From Octopus bimaculoides (taxonomy: Eukaryota), in assembly GCF_001194135.2 (NCBI RefSeq), contig NC_068981.1, forward strand, positions 43,565,680 to 43,629,679: a stretch of DNA of 64,000 bases, given 5' to 3'. The translations under genes were made by a program, and so were the position numbers. This document shows positions 50,416-63,955 of the stretch, piece by piece (position 1 is the first letter of the stretch; each line of letters begins with the position of its first letter). The notes below the pieces were generated by a model, which worked only from the letters and a program-made list of their open reading frames with translations, had not been told where the DNA came from and made no database searches.

Positions 50416-53400
50416 ATAACTGACAGCAGAATTTCAAGTATCTCTTGATTTTCCTTATAACTGAAGGGAGAAAGAAAATCAATGAAAATACAATAATTAA
50501 TTTGTAAAAAATTGGGAAAATACTAATTTTGCTTTTTGTCACAGACTCTTGACCAGAAATATTCTATTCTCTGCTTTGTCTGTTTATAGATAGTAATTTA
50601 TTGTAATTTTGTGGTTAAAAAGAACGAAATTAAATTGAAACTGAATTAAATTTGTAAATATTAAAGGAACACTTAGTAGAATTTTGTAAAGAATTAAACT
50701 GATATAAGTATCATAAAGTATCTTGGAAAATAGATTTTCTTTCTGAAACAAGGAAATAATACATACTGCAAATCATGAAAGTTGAATTCATAATCTTGCA
50801 CTGTAACCATACAACTACTGTGTCTCTCCATTTTCATTTTGTGGAATTAGTGAAGTGTTATTTTTCTTTCAATCATATTTGTATGAATGGAATAGTTCAG
50901 CAAACTGAAAATATTTAGATCAGTGATTTCCAATCGTTTCAGTCCATTGCTCTCTTGGTTCTATGCCTCATCCTCACTGCATCCCTCAGCTTTTAACATT
51001 ATTCAAAAGAGTGGATCACAATACCATATGAAAGATAATAATACAGGAAATATCAAAGGGATAACCATAAATCCATTGTCCCATCAACAAGTTCTTCACT
51101 TGTATTGTCTCCTTAAGCGTTCCCCTGGGAAGCCACTGATTTAGATGAATAAATTGATTCTTTCAATAAACTAAACACCTCATCAATGAAATTGTGAGTG
51201 GTACCTATCTGCATTATAAGGAATTGCTCTGGGGTACAATTCAATGGCAACGACAGCTATTTGAATTAATAAACCTATGTTTAGTTGGTCAATATAGAGC
51301 TAGCACTTTAAACAGTCAGCCACTGCACCTCTTTAAGCATAGATAAATAAAAGCAGATTTTTGTCAGTATCACAGAGAAAACTACAGCAATGAAATTCTT
51401 CAAATCAATATAGAGTAGAAGACTGAAGATATCAACTCACACAAATGTAAAGATTCATTTCCATTTTCCATTATTGAGCTTCACTGTGAAAGCATTAACA
51501 ACACCTGCTGTACAAGAAGCCAAACAATATTACAACAAATAAATAAAGAAATAAAATAAAGGAAGAAAACATCTATCAAAAGCTGTTTTGTGAAACTTCC
51601 ATAAATACAGAAGTAGAGAAAAAATAAAAATAAAAATAATAACATTGACATCATTTTTTTAATGATTTATTTTATATAATTTTATTATATTTCTTTTCTA
51701 CTAAAATGCTCAACTCTGAAAATGAGAAATTTGGGTTGTTGAAAAAATAAATGTATAAAGCACTTTGGAAAATAAAAAGTAAAATGTCTGGACCACTAAA
51801 GGTAAACTTTATATTCTAGGTCTAAAGAAGTCATTCATTCTAAGAATGTGCTGACCGATAATTTACTGAGAACATTTTTCAAAATTTTCTTTGGTTCTTA
51901 ATTGTTTATACATTTAAAAATTTTCTTTTGTGTTTTTATATAATGTTTTGCTTTTATTTTCACTTTGAAAAGCCATATTTCTGACAGTCATTAAAATAAC
52001 AAAAAAACAAACAAAAACCAAGTAACGCCTAATGTCAAGGAAATCACGACAAAGTTGTGGCTGGTTGGGCCATTATGAAATACATCATCACACCCTTGAC
52101 TAAGTCACTTTAATGTCTGTCTAATACCTGAAGAAAATGCTTCTTCTGCTCTTAGACAGACATCAGCTTTTCCAATTGACAACATGGGAAATGAACAACA
52201 ATGTTGAGGATGGTTTTGATGGTGATATTGACAATGGTGATGATGATGATGTTTAGCCCCAGGACAGCTCTGACTCAGCAAACCTATAATCAAAAGGATT
52301 CCATCAACAACTATCTCATTTGTTTGGAGAGTATATAAGAGTACATTATCTAGTGTGTGCCTTCCTTGTTTAAGACAGTAGTAGATTAATTTAATGGAGA
52401 TTTGATTTTTGGTTATTATTTCTAAATGGTTGTGTAACCCTGTTAAGGCTGCCTCAGTCATTTGATGATAATAATGATGATGATTGAGGAAGTGACGATG
52501 ATTGTGGTGATGGTGCTGTTGTTGTTGCTGCTATTCATTTTTTTTTTTTCCTGTAGTTTCAGCTCAGAGCTGTGGCCATGCTGATGCACCACTGTTTAAA
52601 AGTAAAGTCGATGTTGGCATGATTTGAAGCCAGAATGTAAAGAACAGTAATTTAATGTCACAAAGTTCTTTGTCTATGGCTCTATTGATTCAGCCAATAT
52701 TAATGATAATGATGTCGATGCACATTTTCATTGCTACATCATTGTCTTCTAGACTAAGTAGAATTTACAAAGGTATTACTTTTGTAATCTCAACAGGTGC
52801 CATGGGAAAGGCAGATGATCACACTAAATGTTACACAGCAGGAGCATTGTAGAAATGATCAGTACATCATTATTTTGCAGTGTTCAACTGAAATAATTTC
52901 TCCCATGCATATTGCTTTAGACTTGTGTCTTTTCTGTGTAAGAATGTTTTTCTCAACCTCATTTAACATTATAAAAGCTGCAGATAATTTCTAATACAAT
53001 GTGACACTTTACCATAAAGTGCAGCAAATACAAAGGAAAAGAAAATGAAAAGAAAAAATGCTGTGTTACCAATAAATAACCAATAAAGAAAACTTATAGT
53101 ATCTCTTGGAAAATAACAGGGTTAACTATGCAAAAAAAGGAAGGAACAAGGGAGATAGCAAAAGGAAAGGAAAAAGAGAGGGAAAGGGAGGGACACAGAC
53201 AGATAGATGCAGTGAGAGATTGAGAGGAAGAGAAATTGAGAAAACAGAAAGAAAGGAAAATAATATAATATACAAGCATTAATAAATAGAAAATAGTGAA
53301 GTATATTTGATTAAGCTGGAGAGACAGAGAGATGGAGAGATGGTGAGAGGGAGAGAGGAATAGATGAATGGAAGAAGATCTTACACCATTATAAAGAAGT

Positions 53401-56400
53401 ATAACTGTTTCAGGAAATGCTGAACATAAAAGCAAATAAAAACATATTTGAATCCTGGCCTAAAGAATATTGAAGGTAAAGAAAATTATTGCAGTTGTAA
53501 AGCGTAAGAAAAAGAAACACAAAGACGGTGACATACAAATAGACTTTTAGTCTTTTAGTCAAATTGTGATAGGAAATTACACAAAGGTGACTAATATATT
53601 GAGAATCTTTTCAAATACTACTAAACAGTGATAACAACAGCCACAACAATAATAACAGAAGCAGAAGAACTTTTGATTGAAAACTGAAGGTGTTACGTAG
53701 TTGAGCATATAATTCAGATTTATACTGTTAATGGTATCTTATTTAATTAAAAGACTTTTTCTTCTCTTCACATTTTTTTTTCAAGTCCTTTATCATTATG
53801 TAAATAAATGTGAGCATTTGGAATCAATGGATATGGACAAGGGAGAAATAAATAAAGTGGAGGTTTTTCAGAGCTGGCACTGAAACAAATCATTATGATG
53901 ATGATGATGACAACAACAACAACAACAACAACGATGATGAATGACGATGATGATGAACACGACGACGACGACGATGATGATGCTGTTGATTGTGATGATA
54001 ATGACGGTGAAGACGATGATGTTGGTGATAGTGCTGCTACTGAGAGCAGCATTTAACCTGTTGATGATGATAATGATGAAGAAAATTATTTCATTGATTA
54101 CTCAGAGGAGAAAGGGGCAATGCTTATGATGATTTAAAAGACCTCTGCAACTGGTGAGAGGAAGAGGAAACCTTATCTTAGACCAGAGACCTGCCTCAAC
54201 TATTTGCAACATAATGGATGCTACTAAACAATCCCTAGAGTCAGGTAGTAATGTTAAGCCAGAAGATGGATTAAATCTATCTAAGACTGGTATTGAGGTA
54301 TTCAATACTTTTAGGTTATCTGTACAGTGTATTCCTTCTTCCCAAAGCCCTACAATGTGTGCCCTCCTCCTTCCAGCCTATCTCTTTTCCATTTAATTCT
54401 GCAGCTGTGTTCAGCCATCAATTTGAAATAAGTTGAGAAATGTTGAAAATATTTTTGCAACTCCTCCTCCTCCTACAACTACTACTACCACCCTCTCTTT
54501 GACCTCTTCCTCCTCCTCATCACCTTTTCCACTACGTCATCTACTTTCTCTACCACCTCCACCCCCTCCTCTCCCTCCGATTTCTCCATCTCCAGTGACA
54601 TCACAACTCATTTCTTCAGTCGAGTGAGCAGCAGTAACATGAAATAAAGTGTCTTGCTCAAGAACACAACACACAGTTTGGTCTGGAAATCAAACTCACT
54701 ACCTCATGACTCTGAGCCTGACGCTCTAACCACTGAGCCACGTGCCTTCATATTTTACAAGATGCAATATATTTTATGTATGAGTCTCTGTACAGCCATT
54801 CCAACCTGCCACCAACAGCAGGCAACACTTCTCCCCATCACAAGATGTTTTTAAGAAAAGAAAAGACATTAAACAAAATTTAGAAGATGAGTGGCCACAT
54901 GGTTAGGAATGTTAGGCTCATAATTATGAAGTTGTGGGTTTCATTCCTGGACAGGGCTGGTACAGTATGTCCTTACCCAAGACACATCTTTTCATATTGC
55001 TCCAGTTTACTTAGCTATGGTGAGTACTAGCCAACTGATAGTGGAGCTCTCTCTCTCTCCCTCTAGCTTTCACACCTTAGATGTTCTGCTGAGTGAAGGG
55101 CAAGAAAATGTCTGCATATGCTTGAAACTATGATGATCCCTCAAATAATTTTTGCTAAAGTATGGCAGATGCAACAAAGTCATCCTTGATTATATAGTGA
55201 AATCTTCAAATCACAATCAAATACAAATGATAAAGTATCACATGTTCCAGCTTACAAGACTACCCATTAATTAGATGGGTAATTCTTTTGTGGTTGTTAG
55301 AGTTATAGCAAGATGTGAAACTCACTGCCATCATTGTCATCATCATCATTATCATCGTCATCATCATCATCATCATTTTAACATCTACTTTTCCATGCTT
55401 GAATGGGTCAGATTGTTGAGGTAATTTTTTTTATAAACAGATACCCTACCAGTCATTAACCCTCTCCTGTTTCCAAGCAAAGTAATACTTTCATCTATTT
55501 GGACATGTCAATCAAGACAAGGAGACAAAAGAAAAAAACATTCCCACACACACACATGCATACATATATAAATACATACATACATACAATGGGTTTCTCT
55601 CAGTTTCAACCTACCATATCTGTTCACAAAACTTTCGATAAACTGGGGGTTATTGTGGAAGAAATTTACCCAAGGAGCCACACAGTGAGACTGAACCAGA
55701 AACCATGTGATTGAGAAACAACCACATAGTTTCAGGTCCTATCAGTAGTGATATATATTGTTAATACTAGGTATTGTATGTTTTTCATGTGGTAACATGT
55801 GGGCATGTTTTCCAATATGTTTCTACATGTGATGAGGTATATATTAATGTAGCTATTTGTTCCATATGGAGTTCAGGCTGTCATTTGAAACCTCTTAATG
55901 TAAAGAATCACTTATGAACAGGACAATATATGGATAAAGATTGCATGACATGAGGTGACAACATGCAGAAATACCCCTTTAACCTTCAACATTAAAAATG
56001 ACTTATTCTACATGCTATATTGAACCTTCAGTTATGTGTTGCAATTTATCCATCATATAAATGTCCTTTTGTTGAGTTATCTGTTGTATTTTTGTAAATT
56101 ACCCTCATTCTAACACCCTTTTGCTTCTCTAATCTGAAGTATTTGGCTTCAATCCTCTTGTAAGCTGGGATTAAAAACTGAAACTGCATGTGTGGACCAT
56201 AAAAAGAAAAAAAAAAAATGCACTGGTCTATTACTCTATGATCTCAATCTAAAAATAAAGTACAGCAGAACATACCTAGCCTGTTTCACATGCAGAAAAT
56301 GTTTCCAGTCAAAAAACGGTGTGTGTGTATGCATGTGTGTGTTTATTCCTCTGTGTATATGTGGTAAAATGACTATTTTTCAATGTTTCTAATGCAGTCA

Positions 56401-57309
56401 AGAACTCCACGTTAAGAATCATTTCCTCATGTACACACTGTGTATTTATTTTTCAGTCAGAAAAAAAATAAGACTTCCTTGCATGTTTACGTGACATAGT
56501 GTGAAAAAGGAAGAGCAGGCTAGATTCTTTCAAATTACCTTATTATAAGCTCAACTCTTCCCCACCACCAGCAACCAGTTTTACTGTTACTCATTGTATA
56601 ATGTCTGACTAAGTTTTGTAATATATATTTTGTTGGAAATAAATGAAAATTCAACACAAAGTTCTCTTTATGTTATACTTCTACTTTTATTACTTGTGAT
56701 ATCTATTCATTTCTAATACAGAAACTACACAAGCAAAACAATTTTACAGCACATCACATTTTTTATTAGCCAACAAATAAAATTCCTGTTAATTCATTTT
56801 ATATCATATTTTCTGCTAGAATATAAAAAATTATACTAATATTGGAAATAAAATATGTATCTTCTATATATCAACTCCATATGGCAGAGATCAAGTGTAC
56901 ACTTTTCACTGTCACTTCACTAGGACACAGTGAATTAAGTGTTAAAGAACTGGTGTATTGCCTTTATGAACTGACAAGTATTTACCACAATCCATTGAAA
57001 AGAAGTCATAGCTGACCAGTGGCACATATCATCAAAATCTCAATCAACGTGATGCTAGAATTCCTACCTTAAAAATAAAAATATTTGGTAGTTCTATGTC
57101 TCTATTACAAAAAAAAAAAAAAGGGATGGACAATGGAAAACATGTCACTGTGTTACCACACGAATAAAAAATAATACCCAGTATTTACAATATACAACAG
57201 TTCTGATAGTAACTGAAACTATATGGTTGCTTCTCAATCACATGATTTCAGGTTCAGTTTCACTGTGCAGCACCTTGAGTAAATGTTTTCTACTATTTTT
57301 CATACCTCA

Positions 57310-57600
57310 GACTGGACTAGGATCTAGCACTCTTCCAGTTATGACAATGAGGTTTCCAGTTGATCTGATTAACAGAATAGTCTGCTTGGGAAATTAGCAT
57401 ACAAGTGGCTGAGCACTTTACAGACACTGAGAGATTCAGTGTAACACAAATGGTGACAAGGCTGGCCCTTTGAAATACTGGTGCTACTCATTTTCACCAG
57501 CTGAGCAGAAGAGCAATGTGAAATAAAATGACTCGCACCACTGGCATCAAACTTCCAATCATGAGCTGAATAGCCCAACCACTAAGCCATGCACCTTCAC
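57310..57600 (-). mobile_element. tRNA-derived SINE with family B-type tail
   Basis: gaggtttccagttgatc...gtggctgagcactttacagacac is the reverse complement of 31051-31130; head near 57600. Confidence 0.7.
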
Positions 57601-57974
57601 CAGACTGGGTACTAAACAACAACAATTTCTCAATATAAACTGTACTAATTTTTTTACTATAGGCACAAGACCTGGAGCTTCTGGGGAGGACGCTAGTTGG
57701 TCTCATCAACTCCAATACTCAACTGGTACTTATTTCATTTCATCAACTCCGAAAGTATGAAACGGTAAGTTGATTTCAATGAAATTTGAAGCAGGTATGT
57801 AAAGACGGACAAAATGTCACTAACTATTTTGTTTGGCATGCTACAATTCTGCCAGCTTGCTGCCTTTAACGTCTTGACAAATGCTTCATTGTTTTACATT
57901 AAATATAGTAAAGGTTAATACAATCTTTTATTTCCTATGTTTAATCCAGATTTCCTGCATATCAATGAATTCAT

Positions 57975-58195
57975 TCTGGATGGTCAAACTACTGATGCCA
58001 ACCTGGACTCGAAATAGTCAGAACAAATGTATGCCATGGTGTTGCAAAACTATCCTGCATTGGTTAACAAAAAGCAAGCTCTTCTGCACAAAACAGCACA
58101 TAACTTCATGCTGCTCGAATGACCCAGAATAAAATCCAAGAACTTGAGTGAATTGAACTAATGCCATACCCAGCATACAGTCCAGATCTAGCTAA
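57975..58195 (+). mobile_element. Mariner transposase fragment
   Basis: YPALVNKKQALL...AARMTQNKIQELE.IELMPYPAYSPDLA. Confidence 0.8.
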
Positions 58196-58427
58196 TTGAC
58201 TCCTATGCTCAACTGATACTTCTTTGTGATCGAGCCTGAAAGAGTGACAGGTAAAGTTGTTCTCGACAAAATTTGAATTCAGAATGTAAACAGATGAAAT
58301 GCCACTAAGTGTTTTGGCTAGTGTGCTAATAATTCTGCCAGATTGCCACCTTAATGAGGATCATGATGATGATGATGACAATGACAACAATGGCGACAAC
58401 AACAACGATGCTGATGACAATGATAAC

Positions 58428-58464
<37 letters not shown>

Positions 58465-58559
58465 GTAATGATAAATACTCTTCCTCAAATTATAAAAGAG
58501 ATACAAATCAATCTTCTCAGAATACCAACAATGTACTCTCATATCATTGATGACTAGGA

Positions 58560-60935
58560 GAATTTTGGAGTGGTATGCAACTTTGAAAAAGTGGACTAAT
58601 GGAAACTGAAGCAACAAACAAGAAAATTAAACAAAATTTTAAAGTAAACACACACAAGCAATATCACTGAAACTTATAGACTAATAAAGGCAGCAAGTAT
58701 ATTTATGACATGAAATATAGGATTTGAAGTAAGATGGAAACTAAGTAATGAAAGTTGACAGAACAAAAGGATGAACAATGAACCACGGTGGAAGATGAGA
58801 ATCCTTGGAGATTAAAAAAAAAGGATACTGAGTGATCTGTGAATATTAGACATAGCATAGGAAAGGAGAACTGTAGAATCATTGCAAGTATGACATGCTG
58901 AAACAAAAGTATGATATTGATTCCACAGGGTTACTGGTAGCAATCAAGAAACTATATCAGCATGTTAAAGCCAAGAGAGCAGAAAATCACTCAATATTAG
59001 CAGAGAATCAAACAATATAGAACTAAGAAGACAGAAAAAATTTTATCAGGAAATAAACAGAGAAACTGATAAAGATGCATGCATCCCAAATATAGAAGTA
59101 AGTCAAGGATTTTGGAACAAAATATGCGGTAACAAGCAACATACAGCATTAACAAAAATTGGTTACACAACTTAAAAGAATCTATTATAAATTCTCTGCA
59201 AGAAGATATTGAGATGAGCGAGGAAGATGTTCAAAGTGTAGGTAGAAAGATGAGTAACCCAGTAGCAAGATAAGCTGACTCAGATGAAGTTCATGAGTAT
59301 TGGGTGAAAAAATTGGCTGAATATCACGTAAAGATTGTGGAACAATTATGCATATTTCTTGAAGGGCACACAGCGATTTCAGAATCTCAGGCTGGTTGAC
59401 CAGAGATAGAACAGTATTGTGTCAGAAAGAAGTAACAAAGAGAAATGCTGTTGACAATTTCAGACCAAAATCTTGTCAGCCCGTCATGTGGAAACTGCTA
59501 ACTAAGAAACTGGTAGATGCAATATATGACTTCATGGACTAGGATAACATCTTTATGAAGGAAAAAAAGGGTGCTAACTTGGGTGGAGAGGAGTCAAAGA
59601 GTAATTACTGATAGATAAGACAATGCTGAAAGACTGCAAAAAGTACAAAATGAACTTAGGGATGGCATAAATAAACTAACTGAAAGCATACACAGATTTG
59701 TGGATTATAGATTGCTTGAAAATATTTGGAATTGCTCAATTACTATAAAATTATTGAGTAGAACTATGAATGGATGAACATGGGAGCCAGATCTTAGGCT
59801 TTATTAAAAATGAAACAGAGAATCTGCCAAGGATATAGCTGTCACTATAGCTTTTTGTTTTGTGTATGATGTTGCTAGCTTTGATTCTGAGAAACACAAA
59901 AGCTGGATATATGATTTCAGGGAAAGAAAAGATATGAATAAACATCTACTTTTTATGGATTACCTAAAGCTTTATGAAAAAGTTGAAAACCAGCTGGATT
60001 CACTGATTCATACAGTACGATACTTTAATTTGCATATTAGAATAGAATTTTGGGCTGTAAAAGTGTGCTGTGTTGATCTTAAAAAATGGAAAAGTCCAAC
60101 AAATGGATATTGTGAAATTACCCATAGGAGAAGTAATGAAGAGATTTGAGCAGAAAGATACAAGTATCTGGACATAGGATGTAAACAAACTGGTGGAAAA
60201 CCAAATGAAGAAAATACCCACACAAGAGTATTACAGAAGGCTGGGATTGATTTTGAAGACCAAACTTAGAGAAAGGAATAAGTTCTGAATAATAAATTCA
60301 TGGGTAATTACTCCCATAGGGTATGGAGTAGGAGTGTTATGATGGCAAAAGAAGAACTACAATCTTTGAACTTAAAAACAAGAAAACTGTTGACATTACA
60401 TAAATTCCACCTGAAAATTGACGTTGACAGCTACACCTGACAAGAAAGAAAGGATGGTAGGAACTGATAAGTTGTGAAGATTGTATTCAATCAGAATGAA
60501 ACAATATTGATTTGTATACAAAGAATGCAAAGGAAGCAGTACTTGTAAAGTAAGGAATATGGTTTTATTGCATAGAAAAATCAGTCAAGATGAAATACAA
60601 AATACAGCAAGAAAGAGGAACACATCTGGTGGGATAAGAAGATGCACAGTCACTTCTTGATAGAAATACCAAGAGACACAGATTCTGATAAAAGATGGAT
60701 GTGTGTATCACAGAAAAAATTGTTGACAACAAACTGCCACAAGCATAGAATTGATCATTCTTCAGAATCTGAGAAGAGTAGAGTATGTGGTGGAACTGGA
60801 GAGACAATATGGCATATTTCAAGTGAATGCAGCAATTTGACCCAGACAGAATGCAAGAGAAGACATGATAATATCACCAGAATGGTTCATTGGAAACTAT
60901 GTAACAAATTTAGATTGGAAAAGTCAAGGAAATAG
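58560..60935 (+). mobile_element. R4/Dong-type non-LTR retrotransposon, large decayed RT + CCHC fragment
   Basis: RIKQYR, DSDEVHEYWVKKL, LLIDKTMLKDC, LFMDYLKLY (YMDD motif decayed), KYLG, RVCGGTGETIWHISSEC..CKRRHDN..MVHWKLC. Confidence 0.9.
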
Positions 60936-61226
60936 CATGTGGCTTGATCAGTAAATAATCTATAGCCAAACCCAGTTCCCTTGGATTGCATCTCACATTA
61001 TTTGACGTTGGTTTAGGCGTCAAGTCCAATCTGAGCACTAATTGTTTGTACCTTTTATAAGGTTTTTTGGCCATACTCTTAACATTTTATATGTGTGTGT
61101 GTGTGTGTATATATAATCCTGGGTCCACTTCCTGCAGCCAACTTTCGTCTGTTTCATGTGTCAGTTTTGATGGGAGAGTCCAACAGTCATCTCACCATAT
61201 TGAACCGCTGAACTCTACACAGTTTT

Positions 61227-61600
61227 TCTCTTTGCAACCTAGATAACGTAATTTATAGATATATAGTAACCTTTAACAATAATAATAATAATAATAATGA
61301 ATATATTAGGTCCACAGCGAACGAAATTAAAAGAAGTATTTTCCAGCAGTATCAGTCTTTCAAAAATCCCAAATTAAAAAAATTCGACCGGTCTAAGTAA
61401 ACACATATTGGAGTTAAAATCTAATAAAATAGAATACACCCTTAATTGGTATATTATTCGTAGAGTGAAGTCATATAAAATAGGTAACAAAACATACTTA
61501 TTATGTACAACGGAGTTTATGAAAATACTCCAGTCGAGAGAGTTATTATTAAACAGTATTGAAGAAAGGAACAAAATGCCGACGTAAGAATAGCTTTACG
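61227..61600 (+). mobile_element. Naiad-type PLE GIY-YIG endonuclease remnant
   Basis: SLCNLDNVIYRYIVTF(N)8EYIRSTANE...SFKNPKL...ILELKSNKIEYTLNWYIIRR..SYKIGNKTYLLCTTE..ILQ...LLNS; same architecture as 41542-41990. Confidence 0.8.
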
Positions 61601-62379
61601 TATAAAAAAATGAAAAATATATAAAATAATAACCCCCTCCCCAGCATATCATCTCCTCGCACTTATGAGGAATATAGTTACCAGAAGTTTTAATAGTATT
61701 TATAGCAGTATTATATACGGATATACAAAGATCTAAGAATTTATTAAACAATATTACCTTTAAATAAATAGACAGGCCACATTCATGTAACATAAACCTA
61801 AAAATCTACAACACTTTAAAAATCCATTTATAGCTAGATTTACGACTATAGACTATTTCTAGTTATTATCTCCCCTTGACTTCAACCTCTCATAATATTA
61901 TTATTTTTAGAGTATTTTTAAAATTATTTTGTTATACCCAATTCCCATAATACTTAGCGTCCGACAGTGGGAGCGGCCATTTGCACTTAGACTAGAAAGA
62001 TTAAACTTCATGTCGTAAAGTAATCTACCTTTTTACTACTTGTATTCAATAAGTTTCTAACGCAAATAGTTGTATTTACTAATTAATCTTTACTATTAAC
62101 TCATATTTGACATAAAATATGTCTTATTATACTAATATTGACAGGGGTGTATTTTACACTAAATCATTAATTCCTATAATATTTATTTAGATATATTACA
62201 AGATTTAATATGTTTCTAATTTAATCGTTAATAATTTCTTTAGGTAGAGAATTTTCAATGTATATCTTAATTGTACTTTAGGTATTTAATGTTTTAAAAA
62301 ATATATTTGTAATTTTCATTTTTAATATGATTTTTAACTTATAATTTTTAACTTTTACCCGTACATAATAATAATATAC

Positions 62380-62464
62380 ATAGCCTGAGGACGCACTGGC
62401 GGATTTATGCATTAAGTATAGCCTTAATACACACCCCACCAGCGCAGAAGCACGTGTAGTGATT
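62380..62464 (+). ncRNA. Type I hammerhead motif with long stem II (GAAA mutated to GAAG)
   Basis: CTGAGGA-cgcactggcgg...ccaccagcgca-GAAG-cacgtg-TA; stem I poorly paired. Confidence 0.55.
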
Positions 62465-62641
62465 ACGTGTACTAACTTCTTTCCTTACTGATGAATAACA
62501 GGTAAGCTATATTTATTTAACTAATTTTATTGTACGTTATTTTAATTATTTTATTTGATGTAATTTTCTCTGCATATACCATACCATGAGGTTATCCTGA
62601 AATAGGAATTGCTTATCTATTGGTAATATGCCAAATTTGTA

Positions 62642-62677
<36 letters not shown>

Positions 62678-63000
62678 TATATATATTTAAAAATCTTAAG
62701 GATTAACAAGTATTCCAGGTTATCAGGAGATTTACTATTTTGCACTTTACTAATGCAATATAAACAGTATCATTTATAATATTATTACAAATTTGGGATG
62801 TTATCAAAAGAACCACAACTCCTTATTGTGTGGAGTACACATAGAAAGTTATATCCATAATAAAAATAAACTGATATAAGCATTTTAAAACCTACTATAA
62901 AGTACAATAACATTATTTAAAAAAGCCTACTTTTAAAATATTTGAAATATATATATACCTTACCTGTTATTAGTCTTTGGTGACAGAAGATATTTTTAAT

Positions 63001-63086
63001 CAACGCTACACGTGTTTCTGTGCTGGTGGTGTGTTTTTCCAGGTTATACCTATTACATAAATCCACCAGTGCGTCCTCAGGATATT
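63001..63086 (-). ncRNA. Type I hammerhead motif with long stem II
   Basis: Reverse complement: CTGAGGA-cgca-ctggtgg...ccaccag-caca-GAAA-cacgtg-TA-gcgttg; core intact, stem I decayed. Confidence 0.6.
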
Positions 63087-63668
63087 TATCTTATTGTAAT
63101 TATTATTAACGGATCAAAGTTAAAACTACATATTCTAATACATATTAAATAGAAAAATAAGAATATAAATAAAAAAATAATAAAAATGAATAACTTACAA
63201 ATATATTTTTAAAAATTAAAAAAAATAACAAAGATTAATAAAATTAAGTACCTAAGAATACAATACCGATATATCTTGAAAATGCTAACCATAAAGAAAC
63301 CCTCAACGACTATATTATAAGCACATCAGAATTCCACTACTTATCTATATAAACATTACGGGAATTAATAATTTAGTATAAGATTTACCCCTATCAATAC
63401 AAGTATAAATTACCATTCTTATGTCAAACATAAGTTAATAGTAATTATAAATAAAAATCTCTATATACGTTACAAAATTATTGAATAAAACTAGTAAATG
63501 AATCTAGTAAACCAAATTCACAAAGGATGAATACTTATCAACATGTTTACTCCTTCTCATTCTTGTGCAATTGGCTGCTTCCTCTGTTGTGCGCTAAGTA
63601 TTATGGGAATAACATCAATAAAATAAACTACTCTGAAAAATTCTCTAAGACTAATAATATTAGAGAGG

Positions 63669-63860
63669 GATTGCTTTGATATACCCATGGGAGCCCAGGA
63701 CTATGCACAAATAGCAGAATTAGTAGGAATATACCTATTATCTGAACTTGGATTAGAACATCTTAACGTAGAAGGAGGTCTATATAGGGACGACCTACTC
63801 CTTATAGCTAAAAACTGCACTAACAGATCATGAGGAAATATAAAGAAAAACTATACAAAT
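63669..63860 (+). mobile_element. Naiad-type PLE reverse transcriptase fragment
   Basis: DCFDIPMGAQDYAQIAELVGIYLL...GGLYRDDLL, corresponding to the FDVTMGSYDGAEVCELVG...GLYRDDGL signature of this clade. Confidence 0.9.
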
Positions 63861-63955
63861 TCTTTTAGAATTATGGTTAAGATATATTTATGTGTATGTA
63901 TGTTTGTGTATATATACACGTGTACACATTTATGTATATGTATGAAATTGTGTAG

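Larger units (their letters stand above)
61890..63665. repeat. ~1.8 kb imperfect palindrome made of two tail-to-tail PLE terminal repeats
   Basis: Arms about 61890-62650 and 62775-63665. Shared anchors: cgctaagtattatgggaat, ggaattaat.atttagt.taa, cctgaggacgcactgg.ggatttatg, cttacctgttatt, tattacaaatttgg. Confidence 0.85.

Noticed and set aside
53895-54080. Acidic poly-Asp coding stretch
   Set aside because: Degenerate (GAT/GAC)n microsatellite interrupted by stops; likewise 58360-58450 and 42565-42650.
61374-61793. Minus-strand hydrophobic ORFs suggesting a viral or organellar insert
   Set aside because: They are antisense to the Naiad endonuclease and its 3' UTR.
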